Source: Guillardia theta CCMP2712 (lineage: Eukaryota > Protista > Cryptophyta). Taken from it: a stretch of 64,000 nt of DNA. The notes beneath the pieces were generated by a model. The model saw only the letters and a list, made by a program, of their open reading frames with translations, had not been told where the DNA came from and ran no database searches. The translations under genes and the position numbers were made by a program. Shown piece after piece: positions 12,001-27,000 of the stretch (position 1 is the first letter of the stretch; every line of letters begins with the position of its first letter). The stretch covers positions 207,038 to 271,037 of the forward strand of contig NW_005434618.1 in the NCBI RefSeq assembly GCF_000315625.1, in the 5' to 3' direction.

Positions 12001-15000
12001 CTGGAATCTACCCTAGTCTTATCAAATCTGGTAAACAGACGCTGATCTCCATAACTGGGCGCAATCTGCTTATGCCAGAGGCCTTTTGCAGCTTTGGCAA
12101 CACAGGAAGCACTCGGGGGCGTGCCATGACGAGCACTCTACTTACCTGCATGGCACCGCCAATGCCACCAGGCCGATCATATTTACAAATCTCACCCAAT
12201 CAAGTGGACGTTTTTGAAACTTCGGTCATAGTGAGCTGGCGAGATCTCATTGTATATTCCATCCGTCCTTCTGTAGTTCGTAACGGAGAAGGGACTCGTG
12301 TCGTAGTAGCGGGGCAGTTCCATGAATGCAAAGAGCTTTATTGTAGGTTTGGTTCCGAGCAGAAATCAGCTGCTGTGTATTCCTCGGCAACCGCAATCAT
12401 ATGCACAACTCCATCGTTGCAGCCTGGGAATCATACTGTTTCAGTGCTGTGTGACGGCACTTGGATCTCCAGCAGCTACACTCAGATTCAAATATTGCAT
12501 TCTGATATTGTAATGAGCCTCATCCCAAGCATAGGTTTTGTCAGCGGTGGCACTCGTGTACACCTTCAAACCAGCCACCCTGTGAGATCCGAGGCCTTTA
12601 GCCATTGTGTTTTTGGTGACGCTAGTGTGGTACAAGTCCAAAAGAATGCACAAGATCAATATTTCTGTGTTACTCCAGCACACAAGCAAGGTAGTGTCGA
12701 AGTTCGAGTTGTGCAGAAGGACTCATCGTCATATGGAGGTCGTCAACCAGGCCCTTCCCTTTCGTTCTTGTACGTCGATGAGCCGGAGGTCACTGGAATC
12801 TACCCTAGTCTTATCAAATCTGGTAAACAGACGCTGATCTCCATAACTGGGCGCAATCTGCTTATGCCAGAGGCCTTTTGCAGCTTTGGCAACACAGGAA
12901 GCACTCGGGGGCGTGCCATGACGAGCACTCTACTTACCTGCATGGCACCGCCAATGCCACCAGGCCGATCATATTTACAAATCTCACCCAATCATGGCGG
13001 AAAGCTTGTTGCAAGCCTGGCTATAGAATTTGTTGATCAGCCCGTCATCACAGCAATACAGCCTACACATGTTCTCCTTTCGAGCAGTAGTAGACAGGTT
13101 GTGACGCTGTATGGACAGCATTTCATTGACAAAGAGATGATGTTATGTCGCTTTGGGCAACGAAAGACAGTGCGAGCTCAGGTGGTACAAGACAACAAGG
13201 TTTTGTGCATCTTTCCGAATCTTATTTATGTAGGCAATATGACAGTTTCTGTTGTCGATCATAGTGGATTCTCTTCCAACGAACAGCAATTTGTTGTATT
13301 GCCTTCTATTTTGATAGATAGAATTGTTCCATCCTGGTCATTTGCTGATAGCGGTAGTCTGATAACAATATATGCTCGAGAATTTTTGTCGAAAATTTTG
13401 CTCACTTGCAATTTTGGGAACCGATCAGTGCTTGTAAGGACTGTATCTGACACTCAAAGCATATGTGCTGCTCCACCGGCCGATCCAGAAAATTCGACTT
13501 TATTGGTATATTCCTATGGTATTCTGTTGAAACAATTCAATTTCGAATACTTAAGAAGACCAGAAATTATGCAGGTTGTTCCTTCACGTGTCCCAGCGAA
13601 TGTAAGATCGCAAATAACAATAATTGGATCTTCATTTACACGAGATATTTCTCACTGCTTCTACATTTCCAATCAGTTCATACGAACCGAACTTATTTCG
13701 CATTCTTCCATCATTTGCAGTGTACCAACATTCAATGAGACAATGACAATTAGCCTTGGAATAATGTACAAGAAATATGTTTTACCTCAGACTGTCGACC
13801 TTCAAGTAGTTGAAATGGCAACTCTAGAGAGAGTTAGACCTTCAGTAATTCAGTCATACGTAAGAACTACTATCACGTTGTATGGTTCTGGTTTTGACAG
13901 AAATGAAAATTGTATCTGTAAGTTCTCCAATTCTGAACAATCAGCTGCCATGGTCATATCTAGTTCAATTATAGAATGTTTGATTTATTCTGAATTAGAA
14001 GGGAAACGTTCAGTTGAATTGTTTTTGGAAGGCTCATTTGTTTCCACAATGATAGAAGTAATCAATTCCAAAAACCTTATATTGAGTATTTATCCATCTT
14101 CAGGTCCAATCCAAGGCAACACATTTATACCAATCAATGTCAGTTGCAACAGTCATTTTAGGTGCTTGTTTGATGGAATCGGAAGTGCTTCGGCTCGAGA
14201 TCAAAACGGTACCTGCGGATGTCTTTCTCCAAATGCAAAATTGCCAGGAATACATGAATTCCTTGTATTAAATTCAAGTGCTATTGTGAGCAAACGACTC
14301 AAGTACCAATTTTATTCTACTCCAATCATTCGAAGCATAATTCCCAGTTCAGTGAGTACATTCGCAGGTGTTTACATAGATATTATTGGGTCAGAATTTA
14401 TCCCAGATCATTTTGCGATATTCACTCACAAACCAATTCTGGCTCCCTGCATCTCTTCAACGCATGCAAGGGTTCTGATGCCCTCATATTCTGAGTCGAT
14501 ATTTCATGTACTTGTCAGTAACAACAGGGGAATTTCACTTTCACCCTCAGATGTCATATTCGCATACACTAGACCCATAAGCATTATTGATTTTTCGCCA
14601 AAAATCACAACTGTTGGAAGAATTGTCGACATTTTGATACTTGGTGAAAATATAATCAACGTAGATGGGCTATCCTGCCGCTTTGGCTTCAATCAGACAA
14701 GCAGAGCACACTTTCTTAGTTCTTCGAGGGTTTCCTGTTTGTTTAAAAGTAAGGTTCCTGGTTCCTTTTCCTTGGCGATTAGCAATAATGGATACGAATT
14801 CGCCACTTCACAAAGCTTGGTATTGGTACAAGATTTTGGCCAGGTCATTGAGTTGTATCCAACCAGCGGACCCCATTCTGAGGCAACCAGAATACATGTG
14901 AAGTTGGCAACTTACACAAATCTTGATACAACGCAATTGCGATGTTCGTTCGATGGAGTTCGAACTGCTGTTTTGCATGGTGTGAATGATTCCGTAACAT

Positions 15001-18000
15001 GTTTGACACCACCACGGGCTCGTCTGGGAATTTCTTCTTTTTATCTACTGAATGCGGATGTAGTAATGATACAATCCACTGTTTATTTCTATGAAAATCC
15101 AATTGTTACCTCAGTGTTTCCATCCAAAATATCCTCGTCGGAGGAAACTCTAATTACGGTCTATGGACGTGAATTCATTCCATTTGTCACTAGAATGAAA
15201 ATTGGAGATCAGCAGGTAAAATCAAATAACTTAAAGTATATTTCATCCTCAAGTATTCTATGCTTTGTTTTGCAAAACGAACCTACAGCCCTTCAAATAT
15301 TTCTTTCAAACAACGATTTTGTGAACACAGTGCACACTCATACATATCTTGAATTCGAGAAAGCGCCGACCGTTCTACGAATCCATCCCACAAGAACAAG
15401 GTTAGAATCAAAACAACAAATGCTGACAGTAATAGGAATGCATTTTGAGCGGGGCGTGGGTCTGAGCTGTCGCTTCGGACGTGAGATATCGACCTCCACC
15501 TTGTATTTGTCCTCAACAGCTCTACGGTGCATCATGCCGTCTTTGAAAGCTGGCACGACTTCAGTAACATTGCAAACTGGCACAGATGGAGGGACAAGAA
15601 CAGAAGTCGGGCTTCCTTTGGTTGTGGAGGGCATCTCTATTCTCGCCATCCGTCCTTCTGCCGGCCCGATCCAGGGCGGAGCATCAGTCACGCTTGTAGG
15701 GAACAATCTTCCCTCTCGTCTGCAAAGCATCTCCTTCGGTCCTTTCTCTGCAAAGCTGAGCAGCGTGTCGAGTACACTAGCAGTCTGCCTATCGCCATCT
15801 GCAACGCACAGCGGCCCGCAGCCAATATACCTTGACGCAGAAGCTGTCCACGGACAAATCGAGGGTATGAAACTTGCTTACGAGTACTACGATCTACCCT
15901 CTATGTCGGAGCTGGTGCCGTCCGAGGGGCCGCCGGGAGGAGGAGCCGCGGTGACAGTGACGGGCGGCGGTTTCAGTACGGTTCCTGCCCTTGGTTGTGT
16001 TTTCGGTGATCTTGAGGCGCTGGATACAATCAAGCCCGCAAGCGTGCTAACATCATCGCTGCTTCTTTGCATAGCGCCGAGTGCCCCAAGCACAAGTGGT
16101 CAGACGACCTATGTCGAGTTGATGGACACGCGTTTGCGACTGACCCTGACCAGGAGCGGGCTTGTCTTTGCGTTTGTGAGGCTTGCAGCCATCGAGAAGA
16201 TTCTCCCGTCAGGGACATCCGGAGGGGGGCTTGCAAGGGCTGGAAGCACTTTGACGATCCTCGGACGGGACTTCACCACGTTAGGGTTATACTGCAAGCT
16301 TGGATCGCATAGAATGACTATGAGCGCTTATGTCTCGTCCTCGGTACTTTTATGTCCGCTGCCCAAGACTGTGACAGGACGGCTAAGCCTTGTGCTGAGC
16401 AAAGAAGGACTGGACTTCTCGAACACGGCGTGGGTGAGCATCAGGGAGCATTGTCGAGCAGAAAGCTTGTTACCCAGCGCAGGCTCTGTGGCAGGAGGTA
16501 CACGAGTAGTCGTGAAGACAAGTCCAACCTCGCTAAAGAATGTAGCTCTCAGCGGAGTTAGGTGCACGTTTGGAGATACCGCAGTGCCAGCGGTCGCAGT
16601 GAATGAGTCTTCCTCTGAAGTGACATGCGTTGCCCCTTCAAGGTGGGGCTCTGATCCCAACCGCGTACGGTTTATTCTTGCAACACGGGAGACGGGCGTG
16701 GAGGGATGTGATGGAGCGCTACTCTTTGAGTACCAGGAGGTTGTACGCATACAGGATGTGATACCGTCAAGGGGATCAGTCCGCGGAGGAAGCTTTGTTG
16801 ACGTGGTAGGCAGTGGGTTTATTTCCTCCAAGACCTCTTGCAAGTTTGGAGATACTATGGTGCATGCGTGGGATGAGGCAACTGCATCCTCTTCTACATC
16901 GGTTCGATGTCGCGTGCCTCCTGCTATCGGTGTCGGGGAGGTGTCCGTGAGAGTCAGCGTCAACGGAGGAACGGACTACACTGATACCTCGCTTACATAT
17001 CTGTACGAGCTGAGTGCAACGGTTCAAGCTCTGAGGCCATCCAGAGCATTGAGCGGCGTAGCTGGCCAGATGACCACGGTCATTGGCTATCACTTCCACG
17101 TAGACGCAGAGATTCGATGCAGGTTTGGACCCTTAGATGTTGTCAATGGGAAATACCTGTCTTCATCTCTTGCCCTATGTATCATCCCGATGAGGGCCCA
17201 AGGCACTGTATCTCTGGTCATTGAAACTCCAAGAGGGGTAGAGGCAAGAGGCACGGCGCTATTGGAGCTTCAAAGCTGTCCTGTCAACTTGATGCTTCGA
17301 CCCTCCAGCGGGCCTGTCAGAGGCGGTACAATGATAATGTTAAACCAGGCGTACGACCCTCATTGGCCTATGCTGAATGCTACATGTGTAATAGACGGCG
17401 TGTCATCCAAAGCCGAAACTGTCGGGGGCTCGAGATTCTGCATTTCACCACCTGCAAGCGCTGTAGGCCTGTCGTCTTTGCGAATGTTGGGAGGCGACTC
17501 TGTTGATTTCGTGACCTTGTCTTCTGCCTTTCTATTCTACAGTGACCCGGCTGTCTCCGATATCCTCCCCTCTCGCGGTACGATACGCGGCGGTACCCTC
17601 GTGACCCTCCTGGGCACGGGCTTCCTGCAAGTCGGACTTGCGTGCCGCTTCGGCAGCGAGCCCGCCGGCACGGGCCCCGATGCACGCTGGCTCTCGTCGA
17701 CCATGGCCGTGTGCCTATCGCCGCGGGCTACAAGCCCCGGAAGAGCCGCGCTTGCCGTGAGCCTGAACGCGGGAGCTGACTTCTCGAGGAGCAGCCTCGA
17801 GTACATATACGAGCGAGACGCTACGGTAGACAGGGTCTTGCCGTCGCGAGGAGTCGGGGGGGTAGCGGGGCAGGTGATAACGGTACTGGGACGTCACTTC
17901 GAGCGGGGCGAGGGTCTGAGCTGTCGCTTCGGACGCGGGAGGGTAGAGCGAGCAGAGTACATGACCTCGAGTACTGTACTGTGCTTAGCAGGTGACTTGG

Positions 18001-21000
18001 ACATAGCAAGCGAGGTCGTCAACATCCAAGTCAGCAACAATGGTGTTGACGCTTGGAGTGAAGGTCTTTGGTACCAGGACCGGGCCTCATCTGTCTTGCA
18101 GATCAAGCCTTCGATAGGACCTGCTGCAGGTGGCAACACTGTGACGATTGTGGGATTGCATGTCGACACTAGCCGGCCTGATCTTGTACAATGTGTGTTC
18201 GATACCGTACAGATAATTGCAGAGACACGTGGGTCATACACAGCGTGCGTCACTCCTGCCCACGCAGGCTTCGGGACGATAAATCTGACTATCTTGAGGC
18301 AAAGCCTCGTGCTTGCACGGGCATCGTACACATATGTGCATGAGCCACGAGTGCTCCGCATGGTTCCGAGTACAGGCAGTGTAGGCAGTATCACGCAAGT
18401 TTCTATCTTTGGGATGTACTTGTCTTTGCCTGGGCTACGATGTCGCTTTGGGGAGGCATATACCCCTGTAAACCAGACCTTGCAGCTCACGTCCACCCTC
18501 ATGCAATGCTACACTCCTGCTGTACGGGATCCAGGATCGGTCAAGGTGTTGCTAGGCCTTGAAGGGGACTGGCACTCGAGCGAGGAGCAACGATTCTGGT
18601 ACTTGCCTTTACCTTCAGTGCGTAGGCTATCACCTTCCTTGGCTTTCCCCAGTCCACAGGGCCTAGTTGTGACGGTCTTGGGAGAGCACTTTGAGAGCGG
18701 TGAGGCCCTGACCTGTCGATTTGGGGATCATCAGTCTATTTCTACGACTCTGATCTCCTCAACCAAGCTTATGTGCACTTTGCACGAACACAAGGACACC
18801 TCCTCACTCCTTCTCACGGTCAGCAATGATGGCTCAACCTACTCGCTTCAAGGACTTCCCTTGCATATCCAGCAACCGTCGATATTGGTGGCTTGTTCAC
18901 CGTCTATTGGACCATCCTCCGGGGGAACCGTAGTGACCATGGAGGTTACCCCGGAGCTGATGCCCCCCGCCGTAGGCGTTGGTTGTATGTTTGGAGAGAC
19001 GATTGCTTCTCAAGCCCAGGTATTCGGGTCTGTCATCCGCTGCATATCGCCCAAAGTGCTGGTCCCAGGTCTTGTGAATATAAGTTTGATAGACCAAGAT
19101 ACGGAGCTGGAACTTGTTGCTGGAGCTGTGCCGTACCTCTACTTCGCATCACCCTATGTGCGATCTATCTCACCGTGCATTGGGAGCAGGTCCGGGGGGA
19201 CGCTGGTGCATATAGCAGGTACTGGCTTTCTTCTCAAGGGGGTGTCTTGTCGCTTCGGCAACGCGACAGTCGACGGAGATCGTGCGAGGGCCATAACTTC
19301 TACTCTTGTCGAGTGCGTGTCGCCAGCTGCTGGTGAGATCGGCATGTCAATGGTCGAAGTGAGCTTCAATGGAGTTGATTACACCACGGACGAGATATCA
19401 TTCATGTACAAGGAAGACTTAACCATACACAAGATAATGCCTACCCAAGGAAGAGCTGGGCAGTCAGGTCAAAGTTTGAGCTTGTTTGGCAGCTTTTTAG
19501 ATGATGGACTTCGTCTTGTTTTAGGAAAAACAGAGCTTTTGAACTGTAGGATTCTTTCAGGAAGTATGGCAATGGTGACATTGCCGAATCTCACTCCTTC
19601 AACGTATGCTCTTCAAGTGTTCTCTAGAAGTGATCTTGTCAGTGAAATCAAGTATGAGATTTTAGAACAAACTCTTGTGATTTCAAGGGTTAAACCATCT
19701 ATAGTCCATTTTACTGCAAGAACCTTGGTTACAATACAGGGAAACTCATTCGATTCTGCACAGATTTCGCTTTGTGAAGTTGATGGCAGAAGCTATGTCC
19801 TTGAAAACGTCTCAGTGTCTAGTCAAGGGATACAATTTAGGATGCCTATCATACCATTGGGACGCAAAGTGGTACGTCTCTTTTCGGATGGTTATGGCCT
19901 TCCATTGATCAACTTTACGATTTTGGTTTCACCTGATCCAAGGATTTATGAGATTCGGCCAAGTGTATTTCCAACAAGTGGGGGTACGTTGGCACATGTG
20001 TTTGGATCAGATATGCTCAATTATTCAATCTTGAGTTTTGGGAAAACATTATGGCCACCCACAAGTTTTGTTTCGAGCACATTACTTCGGACCATTGTGC
20101 CTCCCTCAAACTCAGGGATGTATGAAGTTTGGATATCACAAGCCGGCGGTTTACAGATTGATCAAAGTGTCAAGGTCTTGTATGCTACGAATCCATCCAT
20201 TATGCGTGTTTTGCCTTCTATATGTACTAACGAAGGCAGAGTACAAGTAACGATTATAGGGAAGTCCTTTACGAAAGGTTTAGATTGGTTCTGTCGCTTT
20301 GGACTGAAAAACGTTGTTCCAGGACAATTCCTCTCCTCCAGTCTGCTGATGTGCGATGCTGCATCACATGAGTCTGGGCGGGTAATGGTTGCCGTCTCGT
20401 TCAACAGGGTGGACTTCACCGAAGGGACTGTGGCCATTGAATACTACAAAACCTTGAGTTTACATTCTCTGGTACCTTCATTTGGTCCCAGGACTAGGAG
20501 CTCTTTGATTTCAGTGTTTGGTAGTGGCTTCCAAGCAGAGAGTGCCTTGTCATGTAGATTTGGCCATCAAAGCTCGCTGGCAACAGTGATCCACGAGAGG
20601 CTTTTGATCTGCAGAACCCCATCACAGAATCCAGGCTCGGTCAATTTCGCAGTGGTTAACTTGCTAGGATTCAACCTTGGTGGCACTTCATTGGAATTTG
20701 AATACACGGAATTGTGTCCAATTCTACAAGTTTCTCCTTCATCGGCAGCTATAGTGGGTGGAACCGAAATCAAAGTGATATTGGGCTGTCAGTATCCGCA
20801 ATCAGCTCTATGCCGTTTTGGCAACCTCACTGCTCCGGCATACTTTTTGACCGGTAGCTCCCTCCTCTGCGTAACGCCGCAAGCAACGCCTTCCACTGTG
20901 AATCTGGATGTTGTGTCCGAAGATACCTCGAGCGTATCGATCGCTACACTTTTCCGGTTTGAGCACGGAGCACGTGTGTATAATGTGGTTCCGACCTCCA

Positions 21001-24000
21001 TGATGCATTCATCACCTCAATCTCAGGTCACTGTGTTGGGTGAGCACTTCGCGTTTTCTTCGACACTGGGTTGCAGATTAGGTGGAAGGACGCTGCTGCA
21101 GGCATATTGGGTGTCTTCATCATTTTTGACTTGTCCGCTCGTGTCTTTCGAACCCGGCAATGTTACCATCGAAGTAACAAATAATGGTCATGACTACAGC
21201 CAGGAGTATTCATACGTTTGTATCTCACCGGATGAGAAACTGGGTATAACGCTCTATCCAACTTATGGGCCCACAATGGGTGGGACTGAGATAACTCTTG
21301 TTGGAGTCAATGTCAGTGCAGTCAGGTTCGGCGACGTTTTATCTCCATGTAGACGACATAGGTCTTCTACTTTGTGCATAGTACCTGCTCATGAGGTTGG
21401 TTTGATACAGATACAGGCACAGACAGCTCCTCAGCAGGAAAGTTTCCCAAATGCTGGATTTTCGTATATAGATTCCCCGTCTTTGTCATTGGTGTTTCCT
21501 TCGGTGGTACCGCAACAAGAGAGATACCTCATCAAGGTGATGGGATCAGGCCTTGCTAATGAACTCTCCTATTTCTGTCGCTTTGAAAGTGACATTCAAG
21601 CACCCACACGAACTCCGGCTACGATTGCATCAAGTGACGTCGCGACATGCTTCACTCCATCGCTCGTTGCTGGAGCATACTCCATGAGGCTCACATGCAG
21701 TGAGGGCGTACTGATTTCAAAAACATTCTTGAATGTTTTATCTACTCCTCTTCCGGTGGTGACGAAGTTACTTCCGTCTTTGCATTTCTCCAATTCAATA
21801 TCCATGGTCACAGTGTTGGGAAAGCACTTTTTGAAGACCGATGGACTAACGTGTAAAGTGCAGAAATCAGTGATACGCGCAGTATGGATTGACAATGAAA
21901 CCTTGATCTGTCAGCTTCCTCAACTCAATTTCGTTGGTAATGCCACCTTGGAAGTGAGTAACAATGGAGTAGATTTTCCTATGAATTCAAATATTCTTTC
22001 TGTCGTCTCGAGAACCGTGCTCGTGGCGGTAGAGCCATCGACGGTTTGGGGGTTACAGGGTGCCACATTGACCTTGACGGGAAACCATATTATCACAGAA
22101 AGCGATGTTTTGTGCAAATTCAATGTACGCAAGGTCTCAGTCGCACTTCCAATCTCGAGCACTCAAGTCATTTGCAAAATGCCAGCTTCACTCCCGGGTC
22201 TTGTGTCGGTCATGTTATTTTCTCCAGCAACAAAGGCTAATTCAAACTCAGTGTCTGTACAGATAACTTCAGGCATTTCTATTGAGGATTTGCCTCCTGC
22301 TGAGCCATCTTCAGGTCCGCCTGCCGGTGGGACTCAGGTGTACATCAAAGGAGAATTTCTCATCGACGGTACATTCGCATGCAGCTTTGGAAACACTAGA
22401 GTTACAGCAGCACTGGCCTCGAGCAGCCTTTTGAAGTGCGTGAGTCCGGCAGGGAAGAGCGGATGTGTGCAAGTGTCCATCTTGGAACATGTCTCTGGAA
22501 GCGTGATGCCGCTGGCAAAGACTTTCTGCTATGAAAATGTAGCATACATTGAGTCTATTGTTCCAGATAGAGCTCATTGGAGGGAAAGGGTGGTCCTTGA
22601 AGTCTTGGGTGGAGTACTGCTTGACACAGTGAATCTATGTGGAAGAATTGGAGACACCGTAATGCCTTGCAGGTGGATATCATCCAGAAAGGCTAAATGT
22701 CTGGTGACGTTCCCTGCACCTGGGAGTTACTCGTTTGAGATTAGTAACAACTGTCAAGATTTTAGCGGCCGAGGTGCTGAATTTGTTGCTGAGGACCTGA
22801 CGAGAATTGTTGGTATCAAGCCGACGGCTGGTTTCAGCACGGGTGGCAGCACGATCCTGGTGTCACTGAAGCCAAAGCCAACAGACTTGGTCCAGGACTG
22901 GTCGAAGATGCGATTGATGTGTCAGTTCAATGAGCAACTGAGTGCTGCCGAGTTAGTGCAAGGGGGCACAGCTGCCGAACATGTGCGTTGCCTCCAGCCA
23001 ACTTGCGTGCCTACGGAGTCATCAGACTTCAGATTGCTGTATCAGGGCTCAGCTTTCTCGGACACAATTTCCTTCGCATGTAGAGACCCTTCTGTTGCAC
23101 ATTCAATTACACCGTCATTTGGCCCTGTAGGTGGTGGAACGCGGATCTTAGTGAGCGGGGTTGGCTTTACTAACGCTTCCTCATGTTACTTCGGAGTTTT
23201 CAAGACTAGCGGATACATGGTGAGTTCAAAGCTATTCGTTTGTATCGCTCCGACTGCCTTGGGTCGCACCCAATCGCTCATCACAACAATGGGAGTAACA
23301 GAGGTCGATGACTTGTTCAATAGTGCAAAAAGTTCAGTGTTGTTCCAGTATGAAAAACCTATCGTTGTGTCACGCATTGTACCAAATGTATTGATGTCCT
23401 CCAGTACAAAACAGATCAATGTGTATGGATCAGGATTTCGCCCAGGTGCGATTGCAAATTGCAAGTTTGGTGTTCAGGTAGTACAGAGCATTGCGGTTAT
23501 TTCCAGCACAAGATTGCTTTGCTCTACACCTTACTTGGTGAACCATCAGAACATCAGTGTCGAGATCAGCAACAATGGAATCGACTTTTCGAATAGTGGT
23601 CTTCGCATTTCGTTTACCGAATCCAAGGCTGTGATTTTGAACGTGTATCCAAGCACTATCGCAAATGGTGTTTCCGAAGTAATTACTATCACGGGGTCAC
23701 GATCGTTTTCTGATGACAACATCGAATGCCGTTTTGGGAACGAATCATCGCTTGCCCGGCAGATTGAGCCTACCAAGATCTTGTGTTATACTCCGAGATT
23801 TGGGCAAGCAGGTACAATCAGTGTTGAGGTTGTAACCGTGCACAGAGGGTTATATGATGCTGTTGGGATGATTGCGATCGTGGTAAAAAGCGCATTTCAT
23901 ATATCAGCTGTGATTCCGACGAGCGGGCCCACATCTGGTGGCACCTTAGTTTCAATCATCGGAACTAACATGCCATCAGGCGGCTTTGAATGTAAATTGC

Positions 24001-27000
24001 GGGCACGCGGGCACCTGATTGAGCAAATGGGAATCACTATTTCCAGTACTGTCGTCTTGTGCAATACTCCTCCTGTGGAGAAACCTTCTACCTATCAATT
24101 GGACTTTGGGGAAGCAAGACAGGTACAGCCGGTGCAGTTCTTCTACCAATATTACTTGCAGCCGCGGGTTTTCCATGTCACCCCAACAGAGGGAGCAGCG
24201 GAAGGTGGTACCATGGTCACTCTAATTGGAGAGAATTTCATTCCGTTGCAAGAGGTGTCATTCGCCTTTGGGGAAAGTATGAGCTCATCAGAAGTCGTCT
24301 CGTCGACATTCGTATTGTGTACTGCTCCAACTCATGAGCCAGCAAACGTCAGTATCAGCCTTTCAGTCAACTTCCATGATTACACATCTAGCGGAGCTTC
24401 ATTTCACTATCTCGCTCCAGTCGACGTTCTCGCTCTTTTTCCAAGTGTAGGACCAACGACTGGCGGAACGCACGTTACAATCAGAGGTACAAAATTTCTG
24501 AGTTCCCAGGAGATTGTTTTGATGTTTGGATCTTTACCTGTGCGAGGCGACATCCGAGCTGAGACTGGAGAAGCAAGTTTTGCCGTTCCCACATCTTCTG
24601 CGCGAACCGGGACTGGCTTGATATATGTGACCCTTACTTCTGACCTAGCCATGCATACAAGACAATTCACCTTTCAATATATCCCTGCATTCCATGTTGA
24701 TGGTGCATTGCCTTCCGTAACAAGTCTAGGGTTGGGACGTGTGATTACTGTAACCGGGCATGGATTCCATCAAGCTAACAAGTGCTTATTTCCTGCCGAG
24801 CCCTTGCCAGCTCAAACTGTCCTCGTGTCCTCGACCATGCTTCTCTGCTATTTTGATGGTCTGACGACAGGCAATCATGAATTATCGATTGCATTACATC
24901 ACAGTATTCGATCGTATAAGAGAGATTTTGCCGTGAAGATAGTCTCGTTCCCATCTTTGACACAATTGGTTCCATCAGCTGTACCTGCGTATTCGACATC
25001 ATTATTGACGATGATTGGATCCAACTTCCATTCTTCCGACCTACTGAGTTGTCAGGCAGGACTGCATCTACGACAGAGAGCTGAGTATGTCACATCGAGC
25101 AAGGCTATATGTGAAGTGCCTAGCATTCAACCTAGCAATACCAGTATGACAATATCGAATGATGGAGGAACGACGATGTCGCAGGCCATGCCAGTAATGA
25201 TGCATGCTCCAGTATTCATCCGCGCTGTACATCCAAGTACAATCTTATCGTCAGCAAGAGCAAAAATAACACTGTACGGGAGCGCATTCGATTCTGCACA
25301 GATTTCGCTTTGTGAAGTTGATGGCAGAAGCTATGTCCTTGAAAACGTCTCAGTGTCTAGTCAAGGGATACAATTTATTTGTCAGGAAGATTGTTGATCA
25401 ATATTCGTACCAGTGCAAAACAGTATCTTGCCAACTTTGCAGTATTATTTGAACAGTCTCCTATGATATTTTCGCATGTTCCTTCTTCAGGACCCATTGA
25501 CGGAGGGACTGTTGTAAATGTGCATGGGAAGGGCTTTTCAGTATTTTCCATGTATTTGTGTAGTTTTAAATGGGCTAATGATGTCGTACAAACAGAAAAG
25601 GTTACAGTTATTTCTAACAGTCATCTTTCGTGTAAAACCCCAGCGAGCTTCTATGCTGAAAAAGTAGAATTTGGACTTAATTTGACATGGAGTGGAGCAA
25701 TGAACCGAACAATTCATTTCTTCCAGTATTATTATAGACCTTCGTTAATTAAGCTCAAAGAACATTTTGAATCTCAAAACGTTTTGCATATTTCGTTTGT
25801 TGGATCTGGTATTCTTGAATCGTTTGTATGTAAAGTTGGAAATCGTGTTGGGCAAGCATCGTACATATCATCTACACTGGGATCTTGCCTTGTTCGTCAG
25901 AAGATGCCAGGAAACTTGTCCTTTGAGATAAGCAATAATGGATACGATTTCACTGACAGTGGTCTCCGACTTGCGATCTGGTCTCAAGAATCTTTCTATA
26001 TCTATCCAAGTACTGGAAGTTCATCAGGAGGAAACTTTGTTACTGTACATGGATTTCAGTTTGTGAAGCAAATTGGCTTCAACGGGTCATTAGAAAGAAC
26101 AGAGAGGCTCAAGAATGGAACGATTATTGTAAAAGTTCCAAAATCTGACTCATTTGGTATTGTGTCTGTAAACGCTTTTGACTCTGACTTTTCTCAAGCA
26201 AATGCAACAACTTTCTATGAATACTGTGATCGAATTCTGATAACACAAGTAAGACCGTCCTTAATACCTTCAACAGGAGGAACTAAGATACAAGTTCTGT
26301 TGGAACCCAGCACGGCAAAAAAACAAGTATACGTTATGATAGGTGAAACAGCTTTTGAGACTACTATTGAAAATACTACAATAAACATCAAGAGAGTGAG
26401 ATTAGAGCCAGGACTGAGTCATATCAGCGTTGCATTCAGAGAAACATGCCTCAATCTACAAAGTCACAAACCAATCATGGTCTACGAAATGCCAAGATTG
26501 ATTCAATTAGTCCCAAATACAGTGCAAATCACAAGAAAACAAACCATTACTTGCATTGGGCTTGATTTTTTTCATTCGAACAGTCTTACATGTAAGATAG
26601 GAGATACCATCGGTACATCCAATTGGATATCAAGCAGTCTGTTTACCTGCGTGGCCCCGGCTAATAAGCCCGGAAATGTCTCGTTTGAGGTCAGCAACAA
26701 CGGCCAGGACTACACCAGCTCCGGTCTTCGCTTCCAGGTCCTAGCGAGACGAGAGTGGCAGCTGTCACCTACCCGTGGCCCGACCGCTGGCGGCATCGAA
26801 GTTACGGTCATCGGCTTTAGCCTCACAGATCAGTCCAGCATCACAATACGACTTGCGGGAACAACCGTTCGCGTTTTATCCCGCGGTGGGAACAACCTTA
26901 CCTTCACCTTGCCGGAGGCGTCGGACCTAAACCCTGGCAAGGTAGAGGTGTACATGGTTGATTCCCGTGTGAGGGTCGACCAAGGCGACTTCCGCGTCTT

